A DNA stretch of 64,000 nucleotides from a virus. Within the stretch, counting starts at the first letter, position 1. Each line of letters starts with the position of its first letter. Below the pieces are notes generated by a model. It searched no databases, was not told where the DNA came from, and saw nothing but the letters and a program-made list of their open reading frames with translations. A program made the position numbers and the translations under genes. Shown piece after piece: positions 13,615 to 23,859 of this stretch. The stretch is from the IMG/VR virus record IMGVR_UViG_3300044608_002890; one strand, 5' to 3'.

Positions 13615-16116
13615 TTATTTCCTATACTGAGAATCTACCATTTCTTGATGCAACCTATCACTCGCTAATTGTCTCAAAGCTCTAACATTGTCTACGGTCT
13701 TCTGGTTACGATATATTTCTCGTGGTGCATAGAAATTTGCATCCGTCAATGCCACCATATAGGCATTGAAACCAACAGGAGTTCTAGCAATATTAGCAAT
13801 AGAAACACCAGCGGCTGCATCGTTGTCCTGAACATTGCTTTTTACCTGTTGTGTGTTGGTGCTTTTTTGTTCCTGATCAGAAACGGCTTGTTTGCTGTCT
13901 ATGATTTCATTGATGGGGTTGGTTCGATCTGTGGTAAAATTAGTTGCGGTTAATGGAATGTCGGCTGTGATTACGGGGACTATTACGGTTGGCACGTTAT
14001 TGTTTGATTGGCCTGTGATGACCTGTGCTTGTGGTTGTAAAACATTAATTTGTAGGGCGCCAATATTGACTTGTTGATCGTTTTGAATTGTGTTTGTTTG
14101 AGTTTCGAATGGGCTTTGTTGTAGCGGTGGTTGATATGCAGCAACGGATGCTGTTGTAGTCTGAGATACTGCTGAACTTTGCAGAGGATTAAATTCTCTT
14201 AATATTTGAACGGGCGTTACAGCCATGGCATTGAATTGCACAACTGCGCTGGTGCTTGTACTAGCTGCTGTTGTAGATGCAGTCTGTTCGTTATCCATGC
14301 TTGTAGATTGAATATTGCGTTGCTGAATGGCCTGAGTCACTACGCTGACAGAACCCTGAGTGGGTCCTAAAGTTACAGAGGCATCTGATCTAGCAGCAGT
14401 CAAGTTATTTTCCGTGTGTGTTTCTGTTTGAATTTGTTGATTCTGACTTCTTGTAACCGCATCAAGAGCTAGACTTTCTGCTTGACGCATGCTAGCTGTT
14501 GCAATAGAAGCAGCATTTTGAATTGCACCTTGACTGGCCTGATTGGCCGTGGCCGCTTCTCGCTGCTGGTTGTTTCTTATGAGGCTAAGTGCTGCATTGG
14601 TTGAGTCCTGTGAGTCTAAACGAAGACCCGGTCTTGACGCTCCCGAAGTTGGGCTCATGGCATCACCAACCAAAGCAGTTGATGTTGCAGCAGTAGAGGT
14701 TTTGGTGTTAGTAACTGGCAAAGTACTGTTAGGAGTTTCTGTGGTCACAGTGACCGTTGGATTGGTTGTCGTGGCATCTATTATGGTTGTAGTGACAGTG
14801 CTTGTAGGCGTTGTACTTATGCTGGCTACTGTTATCGCCAGCTGCGCATCCTGTAGAGCTTTTTGTTCGGCTGCCAATCTTTTGATTTCTGCATTAAAGT
14901 TGCTGCAATTAGGACTATACAATGGTTGGCTGAAACATGGGTCAGGTGTCCAAATAGGTCTAGTCCAACCAACCCAACCAAAATGATTCCAAACATCACT
15001 AGTCCACCACTGTATTGAACCCATGTCTAGACTGTTGATGTTTTCAGTGAACAAGTGTCTATTACTATAACTACCACCCGAATTGTTACCAGCAACATAC
15101 CATTGATTTTGAAACAAGGTGGTATTGTTTTTATCGCTAATTCTAAAGTTAATATTGCCACCACCATTAGATCGCCAATCGGTACACCAGAACATGAATG
15201 TATTATAACAGGCTCCATAGTTCCACCAATTGAAGCCATAATCATAGCCATGGAGGATAACACCTCCACCTATGTGAGGCAGAGACTGTGCTATATTATA
15301 ACTATAATAAAACGCAGGACTTTTAGATCCTTGTAGTATGTTTTGAAATCCCGGGCAGCTAGGATTGAATGCTGGATTGAGTATACAAGGGTCAACACTA
15401 TAGTTTAATCTCATATAAGCATCTTTTATCTGAGGACCATAGCAGTCTGGATTGCAGCCCCAAAATCCAGCATCCATACCTGTTATACTTAGTTTAGCTG
15501 AACCCAGTAAATTTATACCTCTAGGACTAGAGAAAGTATATGTTTCAGCTAATTGTTGCCATGTTGGATTATACGCTGGATTACCATCATTTATATTTTT
15601 TAACCCTAATTGGTAAGTAGCTGTATAATCCACAGTATTATCAGACTTATATGCAGTAAATGTTGCATGTAGAGTATCTTGAGGACCATTCAGATCACTA
15701 CAGTCGTTGCCAGCTTCAACTAAATTTTTTACACCGCCTATTTGATTAGCACACTGAAATCTATACTTGAACCCATACATGATGCTAGTAGCAAATACAG
15801 CACTTGTATTTTGATAACCAAAGTTTATAGCATTTAAGTTTATATTTTGCTCTGTAGTACTAGATGTATAACTAAAAATATAACCATCTGGTGTATAAGA
15901 ACCAGTCATCCCTGAAGTAGTCCAACCAGTTCCTGATGTCATTGTAGGATTTTGTATAAGATTCCCGGTTGTGCTATCAATACTATAGCCACTTGGTGTA
16001 TTAGGTGAAGTCTGAGCATATACTGCACCTACTAGCAGGACCAAGGCCAAGAGTATGGCTATGCCAAAACCCTTGGTCCAACGATACTCATAATGCTTAT
16101 GGTTAAAGTCGTCCAT
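13615..16116 (-). CDS. large exported or anchored protein, two DPC..P.Y/F.P.C motifs and Thr/Gln-rich stalk
   Basis: N-terminal hydrophobic segment ending AVYAQ; DPCILNPAFNPSC and DPCFSQPLYSPNC. Confidence 0.85.
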   Translation of the reverse strand: MDDFNHKHYEYRWTKGFGIAILLALVLLVGAVYAQTSPNTPSGYSIDSTTGNLIQNPTMTSGTGWTTSGMTGSYTPDGYIFSYTSSTTEQNINLNAINFGYQNTSAVFATSIMYGFKYRFQCANQIGGVKNLVEAGNDCSDLNGPQDTLHATFTAYKSDNTVDYTATYQLGLKNINDGNPAYNPTWQQLAETYTFSSPRGINLLGSAKLSITGMDAGFWGCNPDCYGPQIKDAYMRLNYSVDPCILNPAFNPSCPGFQNILQGSKSPAFYYSYNIAQSLPHIGGGVILHGYDYGFNWWNYGACYNTFMFWCTDWRSNGGGNINFRISDKNNTTLFQNQWYVAGNNSGGSYSNRHLFTENINSLDMGSIQWWTSDVWNHFGWVGWTRPIWTPDPCFSQPLYSPNCSNFNAEIKRLAAEQKALQDAQLAITVASISTTPTSTVTTTIIDATTTNPTVTVTTETPNSTLPVTNTKTSTAATSTALVGDAMSPTSGASRPGLRLDSQDSTNAALSLIRNNQQREAATANQASQGAIQNAASIATASMRQAESLALDAVTRSQNQQIQTETHTENNLTAARSDASVTLGPTQGSVSVVTQAIQQRNIQSTSMDNEQTASTTAASTSTSAVVQFNAMAVTPVQILREFNPLQSSAVSQTTTASVAAYQPPLQQSPFETQTNTIQNDQQVNIGALQINVLQPQAQVITGQSNNNVPTVIVPVITADIPLTATNFTTDRTNPINEIIDSKQAVSDQEQKSTNTQQVKSNVQDNDAAAGVSIANIARTPVGFNAYMVALTDANFYAPREIYRNQKTVDNVRALRQLASDRLHQEMVDSQYRK

Positions 16117-17567
16117 TATCTAAAAGCGCTGGCTGAATATTTTACTGGATCCATCTTGGGAACTTCACTTTCGGTTTTATAATCGTATTTGGGAATCTTA
16201 TGTGGATTGGCTGCCCAAAGTTCGCGAGCACGTTCGCCAATTTGACCTTCATAGGGGCAAGGTGTACCAGCTGCCATCATGGCTTCAAACACTCTGCGAT
16301 CCTGGCACATGGTGGCAACAGCAGCAACCTTCATGCCCATGTCATATAGGGTTTTGCTCAACTTTAACCGTTCGCAGTTTAAATCACGACCAGTACCACC
16401 CAAGGCCATGCCAAACATTTGTGTTTGTATGGCACCAGATTGACCTGTAGTACACAGATCCTGGCCGCCACCGCTCATCATGGCTGGCGCTATGGCCGTA
16501 GGTGGAGGCTGAATGACTCTTTGAGTAATTGTAGTTTCATTGATATTTCTATTGGTCATGTCACCGGTCTGAATGTTCTGATTAACAGCGGTGCTGGAGT
16601 TGATGTTGGTATTTTGATTGTTGGATGCTGATATAGATGTTGAATTGTTGATGTTGCGATTGGTCATGTCACCGGTCTGAATGTTGTTATTTGTATTGGT
16701 TGTATTTGCAGTTGTCTGATTGATGTTACGGTTGGTCATGTCCCCGGTCTGAATGTTGTTATTTGTATTGACAGCCGTACTATTGCTTTGGTTTACATTG
16801 TTGTTATTGTAGTTCATGGTACCAGTATTGATGTTCTCATTTTTATTCAGACTAGTACTGGTATTGATGTTGTTGTTAGTACTGGTGCTGGTACTGGTAT
16901 TGATGTTGCGGTTGGTCATGTCACCAGTCTGAATGTTGTTGTTGGTGTTTACACTGGTGCTGGTGTTGACGTTATTGTTGTTGTAGGTAACCGAACCACT
17001 CATGATGTTGCGATTGGTATTGTCGCTTGTACTGGTATTTTGATTGATGTTGGTTATGCTGCCACTTTGAATGTTTTGGTTAACATTGGTGTTGGTATTG
17101 TTGCTGGTACTTGTGCTGGCATTGACATTGTTGTTGTTAAATGTCTGAGTACCGGAATTTATGTTGTTGTTGGTATATGTAACCGAACCACTCATGTTGT
17201 TGTTATTGTTGTTGGTTACTGTACCGCTCTGAACATTGTTGTTGGTGTTGACATTGGTACTAGTGCTGGTACTAGTATTCACATTGTTATTGTTGTTGGT
17301 GCTGGTACTGTTCACCGTTGAGAGATTGGTGTTGGTACTAGTGCTGGTACTGACATTGTTGGTAGTAACCGAGCTGGTGCTGTTGCTTGTGGAATTAGTA
17401 TCAACCAGACTTTTGGAATCGTAGGTTCCTTGGTTGATGAGTGTGGTGTTGTTGGTAGTTGTGCCGTTGGTTGTACTTGTGGTACTAGAATTGGTCGTTT
17501 GCGCGTTGGCACCCAAGGTTGTGAACATAACAAGACATGCGCAGATTGCAGCGATAACTGCACGCAT
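16116..17567 (-). CDS. exported Asn/Thr-rich repeat protein with Cys-containing C-terminal domain
   Basis: Signal peptide ending ANAQ; NIQTGDMTNRNIN repeats; DLCTTG...NCERLKLSKTL...MCQDRRV...GTPCP. Confidence 0.88.
   Translation of the reverse strand: MRAVIAAICACLVMFTTLGANAQTTNSSTTSTTNGTTTNNTTLINQGTYDSKSLVDTNSTSNSTSSVTTNNVSTSTSTNTNLSTVNSTSTNNNNNVNTSTSTSTNVNTNNNVQSGTVTNNNNNNMSGSVTYTNNNINSGTQTFNNNNVNASTSTSNNTNTNVNQNIQSGSITNINQNTSTSDNTNRNIMSGSVTYNNNNVNTSTSVNTNNNIQTGDMTNRNINTSTSTSTNNNINTSTSLNKNENINTGTMNYNNNNVNQSNSTAVNTNNNIQTGDMTNRNINQTTANTTNTNNNIQTGDMTNRNINNSTSISASNNQNTNINSSTAVNQNIQTGDMTNRNINETTITQRVIQPPPTAIAPAMMSGGGQDLCTTGQSGAIQTQMFGMALGGTGRDLNCERLKLSKTLYDMGMKVAAVATMCQDRRVFEAMMAAGTPCPYEGQIGERARELWAANPHKIPKYDYKTESEVPKMDPVKYSASAFR
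16552..16940 (-). repeat. four copies of a repeat encoding NIQTGDMTN
   Basis: TTGGTCATGTC(A/C)CC(G/A)GTCTGAATGTT at 16552, 16660, 16732, 16912. Confidence 0.9.
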
Positions 17568-17642
17568 TCTGTTTTCCTTTTTGATGGTGATTTTCAGGGC
17601 CCATAACCATAAATACTCTTAGATTAGATGAAAAATAAGCTA

Positions 17643-17671
17643 TTGACAAATCCACCATGGTTATTTATAAT
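17643..17671. promoter_or_regulatory. sigma70 promoter for gene 43 overlapping a minus-strand T4-type late promoter
   Basis: TTGACA(17643)-17bp-TATAAT(17666); TATTTATA 17662-17669 reads TATAAATA on the minus strand. Confidence 0.7.
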
Positions 17672-17694
17672 GTAGGGATTCAGGAGAACCCTTT

Positions 17695-20187
17695 ATGCGA
17701 TTTTACACAAGCGTCGTCCAGTACGGCAACCGGTTGTTGGTTCGTGGCGTAAACAAAGGACGAAGCGTTCAAGAACGGCTAGAATTCAAGCCCACTCTCT
17801 GGTTACCCAGCAAGAACAAACAAAGCAAACATCGAAGTCTCATGGGAGTACCCCTAGAGAGCATACGATTCGACAGCATCAACGAAGCCAAAGACTACAT
17901 GAAACGCTATGGCGATGTGGATAATTTTGCCATCTATGGCAATACCAACTTTGCCTATCAGTACATCACCGAACTGTTTCCTGGTGAAATTGACTTTGAT
18001 ATTCGAGAAATTCGCACCCTGAGCCTGGACATCGAGACTACGGCTGAGTATGGTTTTCCAGATGTTCGCAACCCCGCAGAAAGCATTCTGTTGATTACGG
18101 TGCAGGACTATGCCACCAAGCAGATTGTGACCTTTGGCTCCAGACATGCCGAACCCATTAAAAGCAATCATAGCTACATCCTTTGCAAGGATGAATATGA
18201 TCTCCTGAAACGATTCTTAGACTATTGGTCTGCCAACTATCCGCACATCATTACAGGCTGGAACATTGAGTTCTTTGACATGCCCTACTTGTTGAATCGC
18301 ATCAAGCGAGTGTTGGGTGAAGATGCAGCCAAGCAGTTGAGCCCCTGGGGCATAGCCAATGAGCGTGAAGTAGAAAAGTATGGCAAGAGTCAGCTAGCCG
18401 TAGACATCCTGGGCATTACAGCTCTGGACTACATAGACCTCTATAGAAAATTTACTTATACTGCACAGGAAAGCTATAAACTAGACTACATTGCCAAGGT
18501 AGAGTTAGGCAAAGAAAAACTAAGCTATGATGAATACGACAGCTTCCGAGACTTTTATAAAAATGACTGGCAGAAATTCGTAGAGTACAACGTGGTAGAT
18601 ACCGAGCTTGTAGATCAGCTCGAAGAAAAAATGAAGCTCATTGAGCTCATCCTAACCATGGCCTATGATGCCAAGTGTAACTTTACCGACATTTTCAGTG
18701 CAGTTCGAACCTGGGATTGCATTTTATACAATCATCTCTGGAACAAGAACATCATTGTACATCAGCGTGACACCAGCAAACGTGCTCGCCAGATCATTGG
18801 AGCCTATGTCAAGGAACCACGTCCTGGCAAGTATGATTGGGTGGTGAGTTTTGATGCCACCAGTCTGTATCCCAGCATCATCATGCAGTACAATCTAAGT
18901 CCCGAAACCATGGTGCCAGGCTTCTTGCAGACCACCATAGAAGAACTACTGGATCAGAAGCACAATCTGCATAGCCTAAAAGAAGATGGATTGTGTTTAA
19001 CGGCCAATGGTTATAACTTTAAAACTGATACTCAGGGCGTGTTTCCAGAGATAGTTCAAAAGTTGTTCGATGATCGACAGAAATACAAGAAGCAGATGAT
19101 TGAAGCTCAAAAGCAGTATGAGCTGACCAAGCAGCCGTTCCATCAGAATCAGATTGCCAAATTTAATAACTTTCAGATGGCTCGAAAGATTCAGCTCAAT
19201 AGTTTGTTTGGTGCCTGGGGCAATGAGTTCTTCAGATACTATGACGATCGCATCGCCGAAGGCATCACACTGACCGGACAATACATCATTCAGACTGTTG
19301 GCCTGGAGTTGAATCGTTGGCTGAACCAGATCTGTGGTACCACCAATGTAGATTATAGTTTTTATTCGGACACTGATTCATGCTATGTTACTCTGGATCC
19401 TTTGGTGCAAAAATTCTATAAGGATCTACCCAAGGACAAGATTGTCGAAATACTAGACAAGATTTGTGCGGAAAAGATTGAATCTGTACTAAACAAGGCC
19501 TGCGACAAGCTAGCCGACTATACCAATGCCTTTGACAAGAAGATAAAGTTTAAGCGTGAAGCCATTGCTGATAGAGGCATTTGGGTTGCCAAGAAAAGGT
19601 ATGCCTTAAATGTTTATAATAACGAAGGTGTTAGCTATGCTGAGCCTAAACTTAAAGTCATGGGCCTGGAGATTGTTCGTTCAAGCACTCCTGAATATGC
19701 TCGTAAGGCTCTTAAGAAAGCAGTTGGTCTTGCGCTTACAAAGAATGAAGCAACGCTTCAGAAATTTATTCAGGAAACCGAAAGCGAATACCGACAGCTC
19801 AGACCCGAAGCCATAGCCTTTCCGCGTGGTGTGAATGGATTAACTGAATATGGTGATGCAGCCAAGATCTATCGCAAGGGAACGCCCATGCATGTTCGTG
19901 CCAGTCTGTTGTACAATCATCAGCTCAAGGTTCGAAGTCTGGAAAAGAAATATGAACGCATTCGCGAAGGTGACAAGATCAAGTTCATCTATCTAAAAGT
20001 TCCCAATAACATTGGTGAAAATTGCATTGCCTTCATAGGCAGCATACCCGCAGAGTTCGATCTGCAGAAGTTCATTGATTATGATACCATGTTCCAGAAG
20101 TCCTTTCTGGAACCATTAAATACTATTCTAGAAGGCATGGGTTGGTCAGCCAAACCACAGGCCACTCTAGAGAGTCTTTTTGCCTAA
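17695..20187 (+). CDS. 43: DNA polymerase, family B (T4 gp43)
   Basis: LDIET exonuclease, SYKLDYIA, SFDATSLYPSII, KIQLNSLFG, YSDTDS, KKRYAL. Confidence 0.98.
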   Translation: MRFYTSVVQYGNRLLVRGVNKGRSVQERLEFKPTLWLPSKNKQSKHRSLMGVPLESIRFDSINEAKDYMKRYGDVDNFAIYGNTNFAYQYITELFPGEIDFDIREIRTLSLDIETTAEYGFPDVRNPAESILLITVQDYATKQIVTFGSRHAEPIKSNHSYILCKDEYDLLKRFLDYWSANYPHIITGWNIEFFDMPYLLNRIKRVLGEDAAKQLSPWGIANEREVEKYGKSQLAVDILGITALDYIDLYRKFTYTAQESYKLDYIAKVELGKEKLSYDEYDSFRDFYKNDWQKFVEYNVVDTELVDQLEEKMKLIELILTMAYDAKCNFTDIFSAVRTWDCILYNHLWNKNIIVHQRDTSKRARQIIGAYVKEPRPGKYDWVVSFDATSLYPSIIMQYNLSPETMVPGFLQTTIEELLDQKHNLHSLKEDGLCLTANGYNFKTDTQGVFPEIVQKLFDDRQKYKKQMIEAQKQYELTKQPFHQNQIAKFNNFQMARKIQLNSLFGAWGNEFFRYYDDRIAEGITLTGQYIIQTVGLELNRWLNQICGTTNVDYSFYSDTDSCYVTLDPLVQKFYKDLPKDKIVEILDKICAEKIESVLNKACDKLADYTNAFDKKIKFKREAIADRGIWVAKKRYALNVYNNEGVSYAEPKLKVMGLEIVRSSTPEYARKALKKAVGLALTKNEATLQKFIQETESEYRQLRPEAIAFPRGVNGLTEYGDAAKIYRKGTPMHVRASLLYNHQLKVRSLEKKYERIREGDKIKFIYLKVPNNIGENCIAFIGSIPAEFDLQKFIDYDTMFQKSFLEPLNTILEGMGWSAKPQATLESLFA

Positions 20188-20244
20188 TGGTCATCGATTT
20201 TCATACATCAACATACTACAATACTAAAAATACAGGAGATATAC

Positions 20245-21306
20245 ATGTCACTCATAGATAGACTCAAAAAGAATTCAACCATCAAAGACACCGAAATACT
20301 TAACCGAAGCAAGTTCTTCAATGCCAAGGACATGATTCAGACTTCGGTTCCCATGATCAACGTTGCTCTGAGCGGCAGACTAGACGGCGGCCTTACACCA
20401 GGGCTCACTGTATTTGCCGGTCCTAGCAAACACTTTAAGACAGCCTTTGCGCTCTTGTTGGCCAAGAGCTACATGGAGAAGTACAATGACGCCGTTGTTT
20501 TATTTTACGATAGCGAGTTTGGTAGTCCTCAATCTTATTTTGACAGCTTTGGTATTGATACCGGCCGAGTCGTCCATACTCCGATTACGGATATTGAACA
20601 GCTCAAACACGATAGCATGGCGCAGCTTAATAGCATTGAACGTGGTGATCATATCATTATTATTGTTGACTCAGTTGGCAACCTAGCCAGCAAGAAAGAA
20701 GTCGAAGATGCACTCGAAGGCAAAAGCGTAGCCGACATGAGTCGAGCCAAGCAGCTCAAGAGTTTGTTCCGCATGGTAACGCCGCATCTGACCATCAAAG
20801 ACATTCCCATGATTGTGGTCAATCATACCTATAAAGAAATGGGACTGTTTCCCAAGGATGTCGTAAGTGGTGGTACTGGTGTTTACTATAGCGCCGACAA
20901 CATCTACATCATCGGTCGCCAGCAAGAAAAAGAAGGTCAGGAGCTCATTGGATATAACTTCATCATCAATGTGGAAAAGAGTCGTCATGTTCGTGAAAAG
21001 AGCAAGATTCCCATTGAGGTAAGCTTCGAAGGTGGCATCAGTCAATGGTCCGGTCTCTTGGACATTGCCATGGAAGGTGGTTTTGTGGTCAAACCCAGCA
21101 ATGGCTGGTATGCACACAAGGGCTCAGAAACCAAGTATCGACAAAAAGATACCTATAGCAAGGACTTTTGGATGCCCATCATAACCAACAAAGAGTTCAG
21201 AGATTACATCAAGGATCAATATCAGGTCAGCAATACCAGTTTGGTGCAGACCGATCTCAGCACACAAGAATTAGATGAGGAGTTTGAAAATGCTGGTCAA
21301 GTATAG
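20245..21306 (+). CDS. uvsX: RecA-like recombinase UvsX
   Basis: AGPSKHFKT, LFYDSEFG, DSVGNLASKKE, SGGTGVYYSAD. Confidence 0.97.
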   Translation: MSLIDRLKKNSTIKDTEILNRSKFFNAKDMIQTSVPMINVALSGRLDGGLTPGLTVFAGPSKHFKTAFALLLAKSYMEKYNDAVVLFYDSEFGSPQSYFDSFGIDTGRVVHTPITDIEQLKHDSMAQLNSIERGDHIIIIVDSVGNLASKKEVEDALEGKSVADMSRAKQLKSLFRMVTPHLTIKDIPMIVVNHTYKEMGLFPKDVVSGGTGVYYSADNIYIIGRQQEKEGQELIGYNFIINVEKSRHVREKSKIPIEVSFEGGISQWSGLLDIAMEGGFVVKPSNGWYAHKGSETKYRQKDTYSKDFWMPIITNKEFRDYIKDQYQVSNTSLVQTDLSTQELDEEFENAGQV

Positions 21307-21580
21307 TCCCTGGAGACATGGTGAAGAAGTTTGGGGAGTAAAAATCGAAGAGGGGCAATTCAATGAAACTGTAATCAGCATCAACAGCATTGATCTTTCC
21401 GATGAAAGCAACGACGTTGCCATAGATTTTAATTTCTTAAGTACTACACCGGGCACAGATCCCGAGCGCAACGACAAAGATGCTTTTGATGGCATCTTGG
21501 CACCCATCATCGAAGATATCATTCACAAAGCCGTACAACACTATCAAGAGCATGAAGCTAGAAACACTGATACTCAGTAG
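21290..21580 (+). CDS. gp40-like protein (head vertex assembly chaperone position)
   Basis: Syntenic between uvsX and 41 as in T4; WGVKIEEGQFNETVI. Confidence 0.5.
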   Translation: MLVKYSPWRHGEEVWGVKIEEGQFNETVISINSIDLSDESNDVAIDFNFLSTTPGTDPERNDKDAFDGILAPIIEDIIHKAVQHYQEHEARNTDTQ

Positions 21581-22946
21581 TTTGATTCACAACGTCGATT
21601 ATGCCCGCAGCATTTTGCCGTTTGTTCGTTCCGAATATTTCAATGACGAAGCCGAACGACATGTGTTCAACATAATCGACGAATTCTACAAGACCTACAA
21701 CAAGGCTCCCAACATCGATGTACTGACCATTGAACTTCAGAACGATCGAAGTCTCAAGGAGAATGAATACAAGACACGAGCAGAAATTGTCATCAATCTC
21801 GAACCCAGCACAGCTGAAATGGACTGGCTCATGGCCGAGACCGAAAAGTTCTGCAAGGATCGAGCCGTGTACAATGCCATACTAAAGAGCATCGGCATCA
21901 TTGATGGCAAGGATCGTGAACACAATCAGGATGCCATACCCAGCCTATTGCAAGAAGCTCTAAGCGTTGGATTCGACAATCGTGTAGGGCATGACTATCT
22001 GGAAGATGCAGCCATTCGCTATGACTTCTATCACAAGGTAGAAAATCGCATTCCATTTGATTTGGATCTGTTCAATAAAATTACCAATGGTGGCATGCCC
22101 AACAAGACTCTCAATGTAGCCTTGGCAGGGACGGGTGTTGGTAAAAGTTTGTTCATGTGTCACGTCGCAGCCAGCACCCTTACACAGGGCAAGAATGTCC
22201 TGTACATTACCATGGAGATGGCCGAAGAGCGCATCGCAGAACGCATTGATGCCAATTTGATGAATATCACCATGGACCAGCTCAAGGATCTGCCCAGGCC
22301 CATCTTTGACAATCGTGTTGCCAAGATCACAGAAAAGACACAGGGCCGACTCATCATCAAAGAGTATCCAACTGCAGGTGCACATACCGGTCACTTCAAG
22401 AGTCTGCTCAAAGAACTACAGCTCAAGCGCAACTTTAGACCTGACTTAATTGTCATAGACTACCTAAATATCTGTGCGAGCTCGAGGTTCAAGGCCGGAG
22501 CCAACATCAACAGTTATACCCTGATCAAGAGCATTGCCGAAGAGCTGCGTGGCATGGCCGTAGAACACGACGTACCCATACTAAGCGCTACTCAGACAAC
22601 ACGCAGTGGCTATGGCAATACCGAAGTTGAACTCACAGACACCAGCGAGAGTTTTGGTCTGCCAGCCACAGTAGACTTCATGTTTGCCCTGATCAGCACC
22701 GAAGATCTCGAAGCCCTGAACCAGATATTGGTCAAGCAGTTGAAAAATAGATACAATGATCCCACCATCAACAAGAAGTTTGTTGTTGGCATAGACCGAG
22801 CCAAGATGCGACTCTATGATCTAGAAAACAATGCCCAGCAAAGCATTAGCAATTCAGGCATAAAACTAGACCCCGAGCAAATTGACAGCCTAACCATGAA
22901 GAAAACGTTTAATAAGCTTCGTGACTTCAGTTCCATAAAAATCTAG
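21552..22946 (+). CDS. 41: replicative DNA helicase (T4 gp41)
   Basis: LAGTGVGKSLFMC, YITMEMAE, IKEYPT, IDYLNIC, SESFGLPATVD. Confidence 0.97.
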   Translation: MKLETLILSSLIHNVDYARSILPFVRSEYFNDEAERHVFNIIDEFYKTYNKAPNIDVLTIELQNDRSLKENEYKTRAEIVINLEPSTAEMDWLMAETEKFCKDRAVYNAILKSIGIIDGKDREHNQDAIPSLLQEALSVGFDNRVGHDYLEDAAIRYDFYHKVENRIPFDLDLFNKITNGGMPNKTLNVALAGTGVGKSLFMCHVAASTLTQGKNVLYITMEMAEERIAERIDANLMNITMDQLKDLPRPIFDNRVAKITEKTQGRLIIKEYPTAGAHTGHFKSLLKELQLKRNFRPDLIVIDYLNICASSRFKAGANINSYTLIKSIAEELRGMAVEHDVPILSATQTTRSGYGNTEVELTDTSESFGLPATVDFMFALISTEDLEALNQILVKQLKNRYNDPTINKKFVVGIDRAKMRLYDLENNAQQSISNSGIKLDPEQIDSLTMKKTFNKLRDFSSIKI

Positions 22947-22954
22947 GAGTAATC

Positions 22955-23113
22955 ATGTTATTCGATCCCAAGACACGTCAGGCTCAGGTAGATCAGGCCC
23001 TAAGCGAAGCCAAAAAAGTTTTGGCTGAATACGAACATCATGATGCCAACGTTCGCCCCCAGGTGAATCTCATTCAAGAATACGGCCAAGAACCCGAAAA
23101 GTTTACGGACTAA
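22955..23113 (+). CDS. small hypothetical protein (52 aa)
   Basis: AGGAG RBS; MLFDPKTRQ...QEPEKFTD; TAATG coupling to next gene. Confidence 0.55.
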   Translation: MLFDPKTRQAQVDQALSEAKKVLAEYEHHDANVRPQVNLIQEYGQEPEKFTD

Positions 23114-23598
23114 TGAAGGTTTATGTTAGGAATGCACGTGATCGAAAGTTCACGTCCATTCTAAAACTTGCCTGCGATACCTATGCCCGGCGTTTGTTCA
23201 AACGCCAGATGTTGCCCAATCTGGTTTTTCATATTCACATACATGAAAAGTTGGGCTACAATGGTCTGTGTGGATCGCTTGATCTCTACAAACCTCGTGA
23301 ATTTGAAATAGACCTGGCCAGACAACGCAACAAGCTCAACATCATGGCCACTCTAGCTCATGAAATGGTGCATGCCAAGCAGTTTGCCTATGGTGAAATG
23401 CGAGACAGATACATCAAACGTCGCATGGTCACTCTCTGGAAAGGCGAGGATTACAGTCATCTCAAATACTGGGACCAGCCCTGGGAAATCGAAGCCTATG
23501 GCCTAGAACCCGGGCTCCTGGCTCATTTTTTAAACCAGCATAAACTTTATGCCTACTTCAAGACTCCAGCCTGGCTCTGGAGCGAGGATCACCAATGA
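23113..23598 (+). CDS. zinc metallopeptidase-like protein (HExxH)
   Basis: ATLAHEMVHAKQF...YWDQPWEIEAY. Confidence 0.8.
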   Translation: MKVYVRNARDRKFTSILKLACDTYARRLFKRQMLPNLVFHIHIHEKLGYNGLCGSLDLYKPREFEIDLARQRNKLNIMATLAHEMVHAKQFAYGEMRDRYIKRRMVTLWKGEDYSHLKYWDQPWEIEAYGLEPGLLAHFLNQHKLYAYFKTPAWLWSEDHQ

Positions 23599-23808
23599 AC
23601 TGGATGGACCTAGTACAAATCGTTCTGCTGTTGCTTGCCTGTGTAGCCTGTTACTTCAAAGGGTTGGGGCAGGGCGTACAAGATGCCCTGGATTTCTGCG
23701 TAAGGGAAAAACTGGTGGATGAGCACTTGCTGCATACAAAGATGAAACGGATCGCAGAAGATGATGAGTAATCATGTAAGTCATTGAAGGACAAGCACAA
23801 AATACTGC

Positions 23809-23837
23809 TTGACAAAAACGTCAAAATCTGCCATAAT
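23809..23837 (+). promoter_or_regulatory. sigma70-type early promoter
   Basis: TTGACA-17bp-CATAAT. Confidence 0.6.
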
Positions 23838-23859
23838 AGCATCATTGCATGAGGAAATT

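Noticed and set aside
14543-17424. Plus-strand Val/Leu-rich ORFs (14543, 16788, 17236) and minus-strand ORFs 56742, 57210
   Set aside because: Antisense shadows of low-complexity Asn/Thr codons
17695-22946. Inteins or introns in gp43, UvsX, gp41
   Set aside because: Lengths and motifs are continuous and typical; no insertion visible
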